In this document: piece by piece, positions 31,668-41,821 of the stretch
Numbering within the stretch: position 1 is the stretch's first letter
Layout of the letters: the number at the start of each line of letters is the position of its first letter
DNA from: an uncultured Thermoleophilaceae bacterium
GTDB lineage: Bacteria > Actinomycetota > Thermoleophilia > Solirubrobacterales > Thermoleophilaceae
Assembly (NCBI GenBank): GCA_963844805.1
Contig: CAWJPU010000013.1
Coordinates: 48,788-112,787, forward strand
Length of the DNA stretch: 64,000 nt
Direction: 5' to 3'
The notes under the pieces: model-generated
Told to the model about the DNA's origin: nothing
Database searches by the model: none
Seen by the model: only the letters and a program-made list of their open reading frames with translations
Translations under genes and position numbers: made by a program

Positions 31668-32200
31668 GCACCCAGGAAGGCGCGCCCGCGCGGCGACAGC
31701 CGGTAGCCCGTGCGCAGGCTCTCGGTCAGCCCCAGCTCCTTCAGCTTGCGCACGTCGCGCTTGAAGGGGAGCTTGTCGCGCCCGATCTGCGCGGCCAGGT
31801 CGGCGGCGAGCGTGGCCGGCTGGTCGTCGATCAGCTGCAGGACCTCGCGCGCCCAGGGGTAACGCGCCTCGATCGCCGCGCGCTCCTCGGCCGTGAGGTC
31901 GGCCCGCTCGCGGAGCTCCACCCGCGGGTCGGGGCCGGCCAGGTGGAACCGGACCCGGTACAGCGTCCCCTCCGGCCGCAGCTTGGTGAGCACGGCCTCC
32001 CGGCCCTCGGCGCCGGCGCGGCGGGCGTCGGCGTCCGAGATGTCCTCGGGAGCGATCGGGTCCACGGCGTCGATCGCCAGCACGCCGACGGGGGTCCGCA
32101 GCGTGCCGCCGGCCTTGACCGTGGGGCGGCGCCAGCGCCGGAACGCGAGGTCCACATCGCCCGCGGCGATCCCCTCGCGGACTGCCATCGGCAGCAACAT
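31664..32200 (-). CDS. hypothetical protein with C-terminal winged-helix-like region
   Basis: Reads MLLPMAVREGIAAGDVDLAFRRWRRPTVKAGG... to ...DVRKLKELGLTESLRTGYRLSPRGRAFLGA (tail of track ORF 31664..32626). No firm family assignment. Confidence 0.5.
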   Translation of the reverse strand: MLLPMAVREGIAAGDVDLAFRRWRRPTVKAGGTLRTPVGVLAIDAVDPIAPEDISDADARRAGAEGREAVLTKLRPEGTLYRVRFHLAGPDPRVELRERADLTAEERAAIEARYPWAREVLQLIDDQPATLAADLAAQIGRDKLPFKRDVRKLKELGLTESLRTGYRLSPRGRAFLGA

Positions 32201-32206
32201 GCCCCG

Positions 32207-32328
32207 ATTACAGCGCCCGGAGGGCGCGTGTTGCATCGAGGTGCGGGCCGGATGCCCGCACGGGGTTATTACAGCGCCCGGAGGGCGCTTGCCGCATCGA
32301 GGTGCGGGCCGGATGCCCGCACGGGGTA
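32207..32328. repeat. 61-bp tandem direct repeat, two copies, each with two hairpins
   Basis: Copies at 32207..32267 and 32268..32328 differ at 3-4 positions. Each contains GCGCCC-gga-GGGCGC and GTGCGGGC-cggat-GCCCGCAC. Confidence 0.85.
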
Positions 32329-32338
32329 TTTTCCCCGA

Positions 32339-32620
32339 GTGAGCGAGTACGAGCAGCCCGCGCGGTTCGAACGCGAACCGACCGTCGAGGACGTGCGCCA
32401 GCTGATGGGCGCCTCCACCCCGCACTTCGCGCCCCACCTGCGCAACCGCATCCACACCCTGATCTCCGGGCTGCCCGAGGACCACCCGGCGCGGATCGAG
32501 GGCGAGCGCGAGATCGCCCGCCTGGACCGGATCGCCCACGGCTCCGAGCGCCGGGGTGGCCAGCAGGAGGGCGAGCGCCACATGCCCAGCCTGCGCGACG
32601 AGGGCCAGGAGCCCGCCTGA
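32339..32620 (+). CDS. hypothetical small protein (93 aa)
   Basis: GTG start. VSEYEQPARFEREPTVEDVRQLMGASTPHFAPHLRNRIHTLISGLPEDHP... (tail of track ORF 30458..32620). No recognised motif. Confidence 0.45.
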   Translation: MSEYEQPARFEREPTVEDVRQLMGASTPHFAPHLRNRIHTLISGLPEDHPARIEGEREIARLDRIAHGSERRGGQQEGERHMPSLRDEGQEPA

Positions 32621-33396
32621 AGGCACTCGAGCGCGCGCTCCCGCTGCTCCTGGACGAGGTGCGGGAGTCGGGATCGGTGCACGACGGCTACCTCGACCTG
32701 CTCGGCCCCGAGCCGGCCGAGTCCACTGGCGCGGTGCAGGACCTGATGCTCACCGGCATCGTGCCGCAGATCTACGAGCGCTGGTGGCGGCCGACGCTGG
32801 GTCAGTTCTTCAAGGGCCCGCTGGGCCCGAGCATGGCCGACGAGCACCGCATAGCCCGTCTGCTGACGGGGCTCTCCCCCGGAGACGGGGTGCTCGACGT
32901 GGCGTGCGGAAACGGGAACTTCAGCCGCGGCTTCGCCCGCACCGTGGGCGAGGAGGGACTGGTCGTGGGCCTCGACGTCTCGCAGACCATGCTCGCCCGG
33001 GCGGTCGGCGACACGCCGGGCGAGGAGGTGGCCTACGTGCGCGGGGACATCGGCGAGCCGATCTTCCGCGACCGGTCCTTCGACGCCGTCTGCTGCTTCG
33101 CCGCCTTCCACCTGCTGTCCGACCCGATGGGCGCGCTGGACCGGATGACGCGGACGCTGGCGCCCGGTGGGCGCATCGCGCTGTTCACCACGGCGCGGCC
33201 GCGCTCGGCGCCGCTGAGGACGGTGCAGGGGCTGATGACCGCGAGGAGCGGAGCGGTCATGTTCGACCAGGACGAGGTGGTGGCCGCGCTGGAGCAGCGC
33301 GGCTACGAGGACGTCCGCCTGCTGGTCAGCGGCGTCACGCAGTTCGTCGGCGGGAGACTGGGCCGACCGGGCGAGGACGATGACCTCGCCCGGTAG
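32617..33396 (+). CDS. class I SAM-dependent methyltransferase
   Basis: Motif I VLDVACGNGNF and post-I VVGLDVS, in the frame of track ORF 32302..33396. Start uncertain: only a CTG overlapping the upstream stop, or internal GTGs near 32659/32677. Confidence 0.78.
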   Translation: MKALERALPLLLDEVRESGSVHDGYLDLLGPEPAESTGAVQDLMLTGIVPQIYERWWRPTLGQFFKGPLGPSMADEHRIARLLTGLSPGDGVLDVACGNGNFSRGFARTVGEEGLVVGLDVSQTMLARAVGDTPGEEVAYVRGDIGEPIFRDRSFDAVCCFAAFHLLSDPMGALDRMTRTLAPGGRIALFTTARPRSAPLRTVQGLMTARSGAVMFDQDEVVAALEQRGYEDVRLLVSGVTQFVGGRLGRPGEDDDLAR

Positions 33397-33410
33397 TAGG
33401 GCGCTCGCTC

Positions 33411-33427
33411 TTGCAACCGAGTCGCAA
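33411..33427. promoter_or_regulatory. Nur-box-like operator TTGCAA-ccgag-TCGCAA
   Basis: Matches the Streptomyces Nur-box pattern tTGCaa-N5-ttGCAA at 11 of 12 half-site positions. About 20 nt upstream of the Fur-family gene. Confidence 0.5.
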
Positions 33428-33448
33428 CAGGGATAGGTTGCCGATGAG

Positions 33449-33904
33449 GTGACCACGCCCAACCTCGCCGCCCCCCTCTCGGTGTCCGACCTCGAGTCGG
33501 CCATGGAGGCCGTGCGGCTGGGGGGCCTGCGCCTCACCAGCGCCCGGCGGCTGGTGCTCGAGGCGCTCGCGCGCGCCGGGCGGCCGCTGCGCGCCGAGGA
33601 GATCGCCGCCGGCGAAGGTGACGTCCCGGCGTCGGACATCGCATCGGTCTACCGCAACCTCGAGACCCTCGAGCGCGCCGGCGTGGTGCGGCACATGCAC
33701 CACGGCCACGGACCCGGGCTGTACGCCCTGGCCGGCCACGAAGACGACGAGTACCTGGTCTGCGAGTCGTGCGGCAAGTCGCGGCCGGTCGACTCCTCCG
33801 AGCTCGACGAGGTGCGCGCGCTGGTGCGCGAGCGCTTCGGCTTCGAGGCGCGCTTCTCCCACTTCCCGCTGTTCGGCCTGTGCGAGCGGTGCTCGCAGGG
33901 CTGA
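33449..33904 (+). CDS. Fur-family metalloregulator, probably nickel-responsive (Nur-like)
   Basis: Intact 151-aa ORF. Winged helix LTSARRLVLEAL, metal sites HMHHGH and CESCG...CERC. Followed by a nickel transporter and flanked by the hydrogenase locus. Confidence 0.85.
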   Translation: MTTPNLAAPLSVSDLESAMEAVRLGGLRLTSARRLVLEALARAGRPLRAEEIAAGEGDVPASDIASVYRNLETLERAGVVRHMHHGHGPGLYALAGHEDDEYLVCESCGKSRPVDSSELDEVRALVRERFGFEARFSHFPLFGLCERCSQG

Positions 33905-34654
33905 GCTTCGACTGGCTGTTCGCGCCCGTCGAGGACCTCGACGGGTGGCTCACCGGGCTGCTCCAGGGCGCGCCGCTGGCCGTGGCGGTGGGGATCGCCT
34001 TCGTGCTCGGCCTCCGTCATGCCTCGGACCCCGACCACCTCGTCGCGGTGACCTCGCTGGTGACCAGCGAGGTCGGCGGTGGCACGCGCGGCGGCGACCC
34101 GGCTCGGGGCGTGGTGGGGCATCGGCCACGCCACGACCCTCGTCCTGCTCGGGCTGCCGTTGATCGCGCTGAAGTCCGAGCTGCCTGCGTGGCTGGAGCG
34201 CGGGGCCGAGACGGCGATCGGCCTGGTGATCGTGGCGCTGGCCGGGCGGGTGGTGTGGAAGTGGGCGCGCGGCGACTACCGCCACGGCCCGCACGCACAC
34301 CACGGCCACGAGCACGAGAGCGGCCACCGCCATCTCTACCGCGGCGAGCCCGACCACGGCCACCGCACCGTGCGCGGGCCGCGCCAGGCGTTTGCCATCG
34401 GGGCCCTGCACGGCCTCGCGGGCACGGGCGCCGTCGTGGTGCTGTTGATCACCGCGCTGCCCAACCAAGTGGAGGCCGCCGCGGCGCTGGCGGTCTTCGC
34501 GCCGATGTCGGTCGCCTCCATGGCGGCGTGCACCACCGTCTACTCGTGGGTGCTGACCCGTCCCGTGATCGACCCGGTCTTCCGCGCGATCCTCATCCCG
34601 GTGCTCGGGGCGTTCGGCCTCGTGTTCGGGCTGTGGTACGCCGGCATCACCTGA
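33889..34654 (+). pseudogene. NicO/RcnA-like nickel/cobalt transporter with His-rich loop, one frame break
   Basis: Signature [14 protein letters not shown] (33769..34692 frame), then [12 protein letters not shown]...[17 protein letters not shown]... (34079..34654). Break near 34085. Start uncertain (GTG 33880/33889 or CTG 33901). Confidence 0.7.
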
Positions 34655-36846
34655 CCGCCGCGAGCGCGGCCGCCACCGCCGCCTGGCCGTAGGAGATGCC
34701 GCCGTCGTTGGGCGGCAGCCGCACCGGGCGCAGCACGCGCAGGCCCCGTGCCTCCAGGTGCGCGGTCGTGCGCTCCAGCAGGACGCGGTTCTGGAACACG
34801 CCGCCCGAGAGGACCGCCGTCGCCTCGCCGGTCGCCGCGCAGGCCTCGGCGGTGGCGCGCGCCAGGCCCTCGTGGAAGCGGGCCGCCACGCGCCCGGCGG
34901 AGACGCCCGCGGCCAGGTCGTCGACCACGGCGGCCACCGCCTCGCGGGCATCCAGGCCCGGGCATCGGGTACCCGTCGCGCTCCTCCGGGTCGACCAGCG
35001 CCTCGAGCTCCACCGCCGCCTGCCCCTCGTAGGTCACCGTCGGGCGCACCCCGCACAGGGCGGCGACCGCGTCGAACAGCCGGCCGGCGCTGGTGGTCCA
35101 CGGCGAGGCCGTGCCGGTCCGGCACAGCTGCGCCACCTGCTCCCACTCCGCGGGCACGGGCAGGTCCGCGGCCACCAGCCACGAGCAGGCCATGCGCCAC
35201 GGCTCGCGGATGGCCGCCTCGCCACCCGGCAGCCGCACCGCGGGCAGGTGCGCGGCGCGCGTGAAGTCCGACAGCGAGCCGACCAGCAGCTCCCCGCCCC
35301 AGACCGTCCCGTCGGTTCCCAGGCCGGTGCCGTCGAAGATCGCCCCCACGGCAGTGCCGAGCTCGCCGTGCTCGGCCAGGCAGGCGGCCAGGTGCGCGTG
35401 GTGGTGCTGGACCCCGACCAGCTCCACACCCTCGAGCTCGAACGCGTGCTTGGTCGAGAGGTACTCGGGATGCAGGTCGTGGGCCACCACCTCCGGGCCG
35501 ACCGCGAACAGCCGCTCGAAGTGCTCGATGCCCTCGCGGAAGGAGCGCAGCGTCTCCCAGTTGCCCAGGTCGCCGATGTGATGGCCCACCCACGCGCGCC
35601 GCCCGCGGGCCAGGCAGAAGGCGTTCTTCTGCTCGGCCCCGCAGGCCAGCAGCGGCGGCGCGTCCAGCGGCAGCCCGACCGCCGCGGGCACGTAACCGCG
35701 CGAGCGCCGGATCGCCAGCGGCGGCCCCGCGGTGGCGCGCACCACGGAGTCGTCGGTGCGCATGTGGATCGGGCGGTCGTGGGCCAGGAACAGGTCGGCG
35801 ATCCCGGTCAGCCGCTCGCGGGCGTCGTCGTCGAGGTAGGCGATCGGCTCGTCGGAGACGTTGCCGCTGGTCATCACCAGCGGCTCCCCCACGTCGGCCA
35901 GCAGCAGGTGGTGCAGCGGCGAGTAGGGCAGCATCACCCCCAGGTCCGGGGTGCGCGGCGCCACCGCCTCGGCCACCCGCGCGCCGGGCCGGCGGCGCGC
36001 GATCACGATCGGGCGCTCGCGCCCGGACAGCAGCTCCTCCTCGGCCCGGGTCAGCTCCACCAGCTCCCGGGCGGCCGCGACGTCGCGCGCCATCAGCGCG
36101 AACGGCCGGTCCTCGCGGTGCTTGCGCGCGCGCAGGGCGGCGACCGCGCTGCTCGTCGGCCGCCAGGCACGCGAGGTGGTAGCCGCCCAGCCCCTTCACC
36201 GCCACGATCGCGCCGCCGCGCAGCGCCTCCACCGCCTCCTCCAGGCCGGGAGACAGCGACGGCCCGCAGTCCGGGCAGGCGTTGGGCTGGGCGTGGAAGC
36301 GGCGGTCGGCGGGGTCGTCGTACTCCGCCTGGCAGGCCGGCGCACATCTCGAAGCCGGCCATCGTGGTCAGCGGCCGGTCGTAGGGGACGCCGGTGACGA
36401 TCGTGAAGCGCGGGCCGCAGTTGGTGCAGTTGACGAACGGGTAGCGGTAGCGGCGGTCGGCCGGGTCGAACAGCTCGCGCAGGCAGTCGTCGCAGGTCGC
36501 CGTGTCGGGCGAGACCAGCGCGTCGGGCTCGCCGCCCGCCGGGCTGGGGCGGATCTCGAAGCCGTCCCCGCCGAGCGGGCTCGGCCTGGTAGCGGGCCAC
36601 CCGCTCCACCGCCGCCAGCGGCGGCGCCTCGCGGGGCAGCCGCTCCAGGAAGGAGCTCACCGCGGCCTCCGGGCCCTCCACCTCCAACAGCACGCCGCGC
36701 TCGTCGTTGAGCACGAACCCGGCCAGGCCCAGCTCGCTCGCCAGCCGGTGCACGTAGGGGCGGAAGCCGACCCCCTGGACGACCCCCTCGACGCGGGCTC
36801 CCGCCCTGGCTGGTCAGGCCTGGCGCCGCCGTACGTCGGAAGTCAC
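34647..36846 (-). pseudogene. hypF: [NiFe]-hydrogenase maturation carbamoyltransferase HypF, frame-broken
   Basis: Acylphosphatase domain (36196..36753); Zn fingers [30 protein letters not shown] and [28 protein letters not shown] (reconstructed); YrdC-like GLGGYHLAC; Kae1-like part (34540..36093); C-terminus 34647..34937. Breaks near 36820, 36578, 36340, 36150 and 34955. Confidence 0.88.
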
Positions 36847-37990
36847 GACGCCTCCTCGATCAGCTCCAGCAGCGCGTGGTAGGCGGTGGCCTGCGCCTCC
36901 TGGATGCGCGGGATGTGCTCGGAGCGGGTGACCACCACGTGGTCGGCAAGGCGCTCGGCGGCCACCCGGCCTCCGTCGTATCCCACCATCGCGATCGTGA
37001 CCAGCGCCGCGGCGCCGCGCCTCGACCAGGGCGTCGACCACGTTGCGCGAGTTCCCGCTGGTCGACAGCGCGAGCAGCGCGTCGCCCTCGCCGGCCGTGG
37101 GCGATCACCTGGCGCTGGAAGATCGCGTCGGTGCCGATGTCGTTGGCGATCGCCGTGATCACCGCGGGGTCCTCGGTCAGGTCGAGCGCGCGCCGCGGCG
37201 GGCCGCCGCCCGAGCGGCTCGCGCAGGTCGGCCACCACGTCCATCGCGTCGGTGGCCGAGCCGCCGTTGCCCAGGGCCAGCAGCTTGCCGCCGCCCGCGA
37301 AGCACGCGCGCAGCGCGGCGGCCGCTGCGGCCAGCTCCTCGGCGCCGTCGCGCAGCGTCTGCTCACGCAGCGCCTCGGCCTCGGCGCTCTTGAGCAGCAC
37401 CGAGCCGCGCACGTCGTCCAGCACCGACTCCAGGTCGGTCTCGCTCTCGGCGAGGAACGGGTAGAGGAAGCTGGACGCGCCGCTGTCGTGGGCTCGCCGC
37501 GCCTCGCGCCCCTCCAGCAGGCCCGGGTGCTCGAAGAACACGTGCACCAGCTCCCACAGCACGTGGTAGAGCGTCTCGATCTGCTCCTGCGCGACGGCCG
37601 GGCTCGTCGGACGGCGGCGGGAAGTCCCACTCGGCGGGCAGGCCGAACCCGATCGTCAGCGCGCCGCGGCCGCCCGCGCGGTCCAGCGCCTCGCCCACCT
37701 CGGGCTCGGTGCCGAAGGCGATCGCGATGTCGCCCGGCTCGACCGCGAGGTCCACCTGCCGCGGCAACGAGCCGCCCTCGCGCGAGAGCCCGAGCGCGGG
37801 CAGAGCGCGCTTGCCCACGATCACCGGGTGGACGAACTCGACGGTCACGTGCCGGACGTCGGACCGGGCCTGGGCGGACAGCCCCATCGCCACCAGCCGC
37901 CCGCCCGCGGCGAACCGCTCGGCCATCCTGTGGCACAGCACGGCTATGCGTTCCGCCTGGGCCCCGAAGAAGGCCTCGGCGGCTTGGGCC
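36843..37990 (-). pseudogene. tandem SIS-domain protein (GmhA/phosphoheptose-isomerase-like) of the hydrogenase cluster, frame-broken
   Basis: N-terminal degenerate SIS half (RLVAMGLSAQARSDVRHVTVEFVHPVIVGKRALP...). Second half with LLALGNGGSATDAMDVVADL, ITAIANDIGTDAIFQRQV, LSTSGNS..NVVDALVEARRRGA and VTIAMVGYDGG, spread over at least 4 frames. Stop overlaps the hypF start. Confidence 0.6.
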
Positions 37991-38000
37991 CGGCGGGCGG

Positions 38001-38658
38001 TCAGGCCGCGAGCCAGGCGGCGACCTCCTCGACGCCCTCGCCGGTGCGAGCGCTCACCAGCGCGGTCCGCACGCCCGGGGTTGACCGAGTCGACGTTGGC
38101 CAGGAAGCGGTCCAGGTCGAAGTCGATGTGCGGCAGCAGGTCGATCTTGTTGACCACCACCAGCTCGCAGGTGCGGAACATCAGCGGGTACTTGAGCGGC
38201 TTGTCCTCGCCCTCGGTGACCGAGCAGACCATCGCCTTGGCGTCCTCGCCGACTCGGAACTCGGCCGGGCAGACCAGGTTGCCCACGTTCTCGATGATCA
38301 GCAGGTCGATGTCGTCCAGCGGCAGCGCGGGCAGCGCGGAACGCACCATGTTGGCGTCGAGGTGGCACTCGCCGCCGAAGCCGCCGTCGGTGTTCAGCTG
38401 CGTGACCGGCACGTGCAGCGCCGACAGCCGGTCGGCGTCGAAGGAGCCCGCGACGTCGCCCTCCAGGACGCCGATCCGCGTGCCGCTCAGCCCGCCCTCG
38501 ATCACACGCTCGAGCAGCGTGGTCTTGCCGGCGCCCGGCGCGCTCATCAGGTTCACCACCCGCACGCCGTGATGGTCGAAGTCGTGCCGGTTGGCGTGCG
38601 CGATCGTGGTGTTGGCGTCGAGGGCGTCCTCGGCAACCCGGACCGTCGTCTGGTGCAT
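38001..38658 (-). pseudogene. hypB: hydrogenase nickel-incorporation GTPase HypB, one frame break near the 3' end
   Basis: MHQTTVRV...SAPGAGKTTLLE, ENVGNLVCP, NKIDLL. An extra G in the run at about 38075; removal gives ...NPGVRTALVSARTGEGVEEVAAWLAA-stop at 38001. Confidence 0.88.
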
Positions 38659-38660
38659 GG

Positions 38661-39012
38661 TTAGGCAGCCACCCCCTGGGCGTCGGAAACCTGGATCGTC
38701 TCGACCTGGAACTCCTCCCCGGCCACGGGCTGCGCGGCCTCGCCGCACCGTGGGCAACGGAACAGCGGCAGGTCGAGCGCCCACTCGTGGGCGCAGCCGT
38801 CGCACCGCGCGCGGCCCTCGACGAGCGTCTGGCGCAGCTCCGCGCCCTCGCACACCGACCCGCGCGAGACGATCTCGAAGTAGAAGTCCAGCGAGTCCGG
38901 CACCACCTGGCGCAGCGCGCCGACGGTCAGGTTCACGCGCGTGACGCGTGCGGCCCTCGGCGTGGCGCTCCACCGTGTCCACGATCGCCGTGCTCAGCGA
39001 AAGCTCATGCAC
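38661..39012 (-). pseudogene. hypA: hydrogenase maturation nickel metallochaperone HypA, one frame break
   Basis: N-terminus (V)HELSLSTAIVDTVERHAEG, then (38661..38936) ...CDGCAHEW...CPRCG zinc site. Break near 38945. Start overlaps the protease gene end. Confidence 0.8.
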
Positions 39013-39491
39013 CGGAGCTCCTCCACCGTCTTGAGCACCAGGTCCACCGCGCCGTCGACGGCCGCGGCCACCTCGTCGGACAGCTGCATGCCCATCTCCT
39101 CGACTGTCACCGGCTCGCACGCGACCACGTAGACCTTTCCGGGCCAGCCGCCCACCGCCTTCACGAACCGCAGCACCGTCGCCGGGTCCATGGAATGCGG
39201 GTCGATCACGTCGCCGTCCTCGATCGCCCCGCCGGCCTCGTCCTCCTCGGGCTCGATCAGGTACAGCGTGCCGGGCGCCTCGCCCTGCTTGCTCACGTCG
39301 ACGATGATCAGCCCGTGGTATCCGCGCATGACCTCGTAGGCGAGGTCCAGGCCGCCGGTACCGGAGTCCATCACCGAGACGCCGGGCGGCAGCTCGCGCT
39401 GCTCCAGCCGCCGCGCCACTTCGCCGCCGAAACCGTCGTCGCTCAGCCACGCGTTGCCCACGCCGGCCACCAGGATCCGCGGGTCGCTCAT
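38994..39491 (-). CDS. hupD: [NiFe]-hydrogenase maturation endopeptidase
   Basis: Intact 165-aa ORF. GVGNAWLSDDGFG and IIVDV motifs. ATG overlaps the upstream stop (ATGA). Confidence 0.88.
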   Translation of the reverse strand: MSDPRILVAGVGNAWLSDDGFGGEVARRLEQRELPPGVSVMDSGTGGLDLAYEVMRGYHGLIIVDVSKQGEAPGTLYLIEPEEDEAGGAIEDGDVIDPHSMDPATVLRFVKAVGGWPGKVYVVACEPVTVEEMGMQLSDEVAAAVDGAVDLVLKTVEELRCMSFR

Positions 39492-40543
39492 CGCAGCTCC
39501 ACCTCGTCGGGCTTGAAGAACGTGTAGCGCCCACTGGTCCGCATCACGTCGCGCCCGGGGTCGTCGTCGACGGTGATGCCCAGATGGACCTCGTCGTCCA
39601 TGTCCACGTAGATGCGCTCCACCGTCGCCAGCCGGCCGTCAAGGATCGTGTCATGGATGTCGTGCCCGCGAGGGCGCAGCACCACCTTGCCGCCGCGCCG
39701 GAACACCCTCCCGTCCACCTCGACCTCCGACTCGCCCGGCGCGTTGGCCGGCTCGTCGGTGGGCGTGGGGTACATCACCCCGTGCAGGCGGAACAGGTCC
39801 TCGGGCGTCGCCGCCGCGGCCCGGGCGACCATCTCGCGCACAGCCGGATCCTGCTCGTCGATGTCCTCGCGCTCGCCTTCGCTCAGCGCCTGCACGTGGA
39901 GCAGCAGCGCCTCCTCGATCTCCGTGCCGTCGAACAGGTCGCCCTTGCTGTCGGGCGCCAGCTGGGGATGGTCGGGCAGCATGTAGGACGCCGCCAGGAT
40001 CGCGTCGTCGGACTCGGTGGCCAGCACCGGCCAGCAGTTCACGTTCTCCCCCGCCTCGTCCAGCGGGGACAGGAACCGGCCCGCGCCGGTCTCGATCACC
40101 GCGTGGGTGGAGAGCAGCGAGCTGCGCAGGGCGGTGGGGCGGTCCGCCCCCGGCTGGTCGAACGCGGTCAGGTTCTGCACGCGCAGCCGCACGCGGTCGC
40201 CGCGGCGCTCGAGCTCCAGCCGGCCGCGCAGCGAGCCGAACTCGAACTCGGTCGAGCCGGGCTGCGGACAGCTCCACCCGGCGCGGCACGGCCTGGTGGC
40301 GCGCGCCGCCCGGCTCGCAGGAAGCGGATCTGGGCGAACAGCGCGGCGTCCGGAGGTGCCTCGATGCCCACGTCGACCTGGAGGTGGTCGTGCGTGTTGT
40401 CGGCCTGCGCGGCGTAGGACGGCCGGGTAGACGATCCCGAACGGGGTCGGGGTCGAGTTCTTGGCCGCTCCGGGCGTGTACGGGTAGAGCGCGTAGCCCT
40501 CGAAGAGCATCGACGTGACCAGCGCCTCCAGCTCGGTGTTCAC
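39488..40543 (-). pseudogene. conserved hypothetical protein of the group 1h hydrogenase operon, frame-broken
   Basis: GTG 40543 (VNTELEALVTSMLFEGYALYPYTPGAAKNSTPTPFGIVYP...) to ...TSGRYTFFKPDEVELR. At least 2 breaks (near 40430 and 40270-40300). GTGA/ATGA coupling on both sides. Confidence 0.5.
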
Positions 40544-41182
40544 GTCCGCGCCCCCATCGCCAGGTCGGCCAGGACGGCGTCCAGCGACATGAAGCCGCGC
40601 TCGCCGCGCAGCTCGCGCAGCGCCTCGAGCGTCTCGTCGGACAGGTGCACGTAGCCACCCGGCGGGTGGTGCTGGTCGATGGCCCGGTTCCACGTCTCGA
40701 TCGGCAGCCGGAACTGCGCCTCGGCGCTCCACGACACCTGCGTCAGCTGCAGCCGGTCGTGCTCTCCCGCGTAGAAGACGGTCCCGCTGAAATGGAACGA
40801 GAGCGGCACGTCCCCGTCGGGGAGCGCGTTGAAGTACTTGAACGAGGCCAGCTCGGCGTCGACGGACAGCGGCACGTGCAAATCGTGGGTCACCGAGCCG
40901 GTGAAGCTCGGGAGAAGCACCTCCTGACGTGTCCAGAGCACCCCGCGGGCGGTGTCGCCCCACCGTTCGGGCTCGCCGAAGAGCTCGTACAGGCGCTCGC
41001 GGGTGGCATCGTCGTGCGGCCGCTGGTTGGCCTCGATCATGATCTGCACCGATCAGCGCGATCGTGTAGATCTCGCGCTCGGAGTGGTCGCGCGCTCGCA
41101 GCCGGAAGGCGAGCGTGGGCATCGCCGCCCGCTGCACCGGCTCGGCGTCGAGCACCCAGAACTCCGGCTCGGGGATCGTCAC
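40540..41182 (-). pseudogene. conserved hypothetical protein of the group 1h hydrogenase operon, one frame break
   Basis: VTIPEPEFWVLDAEPVQRAAMPTLAFRLRARDHSEREIYTIALI joins ORF 40540..41049 (QIMIEANQRPHDDATRERLYELFG...). Break near 41050. Confidence 0.5.
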
Positions 41183-41821
41183 CCCGCACGCTCCTTGAGC
41201 TCGGCGAAGAACTCCGCGACCGCCTTCTCCAGGCCCTGGCCGCCCGAGATGCCCTCCCAGCGCGTCTTGACCAGGCCGACCAGGCGGTAGGCCTCGTCGG
41301 TGGGGGCGATGGCGTACTCCTGCGCCCCCTTCATGCGGTTGACCAGCAGCACCTCGCTCTCGGTCTCCAGCATCTGGAGCACGTCGTTGAGGGCGACCAG
41401 GTCGGCCCAGGCCGCGTCGTCGACCTCGGACTCGGTGGCGCCGGCGGGGCTCGGGTAGAGCGCCGACACCCCCTGCTTCTCCCTTCAGGAAGAAGGCCAG
41501 GCCGATCGGGATGCGGAAGCGCGCCCACAGGTCGTCGGGCATGCGGAAGCCGTTCAGCCACAGCACGCGCGTGCCGGTGGGGCGGAACTGCGGCTCGCCA
41601 GAGCGCAGCGCGAAGCACGCCTCGCAGGCGCAGACGATCTGGCGCTCCTCGATCTGGAGCAGGTGGCGGTGCTCCTCGGACATGGTGCGCCCGCACAGGT
41701 CGCACTGCGCCTCGAGCGGCTGCAGGCCCTCGGGCATCTCGCGCATCTGGAGCCGGCGCAGCCGCGCGACGACGTCCGCCTGCGTCGGGTCGCTCGGCAT
41801 CATCGGCTCGCTCTTGCTCAT
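41179..41821 (-). pseudogene. conserved hypothetical 4-Cys protein of the group 1h hydrogenase operon, one frame break
   Basis: MSKSEPMM...CDLCGRTMSEEHRHLLQIEERQIVCACEACFAL... joins ORF 41179..41469. Break near 41475. ATGA overlap with the upstream gene. Confidence 0.5.

Noticed and set aside
32207-32328. Possible CRISPR array.
   Set aside because: There are only two directly abutting 61-bp units with no spacers, and no cas genes in the window. It is better described as a tandem minisatellite.
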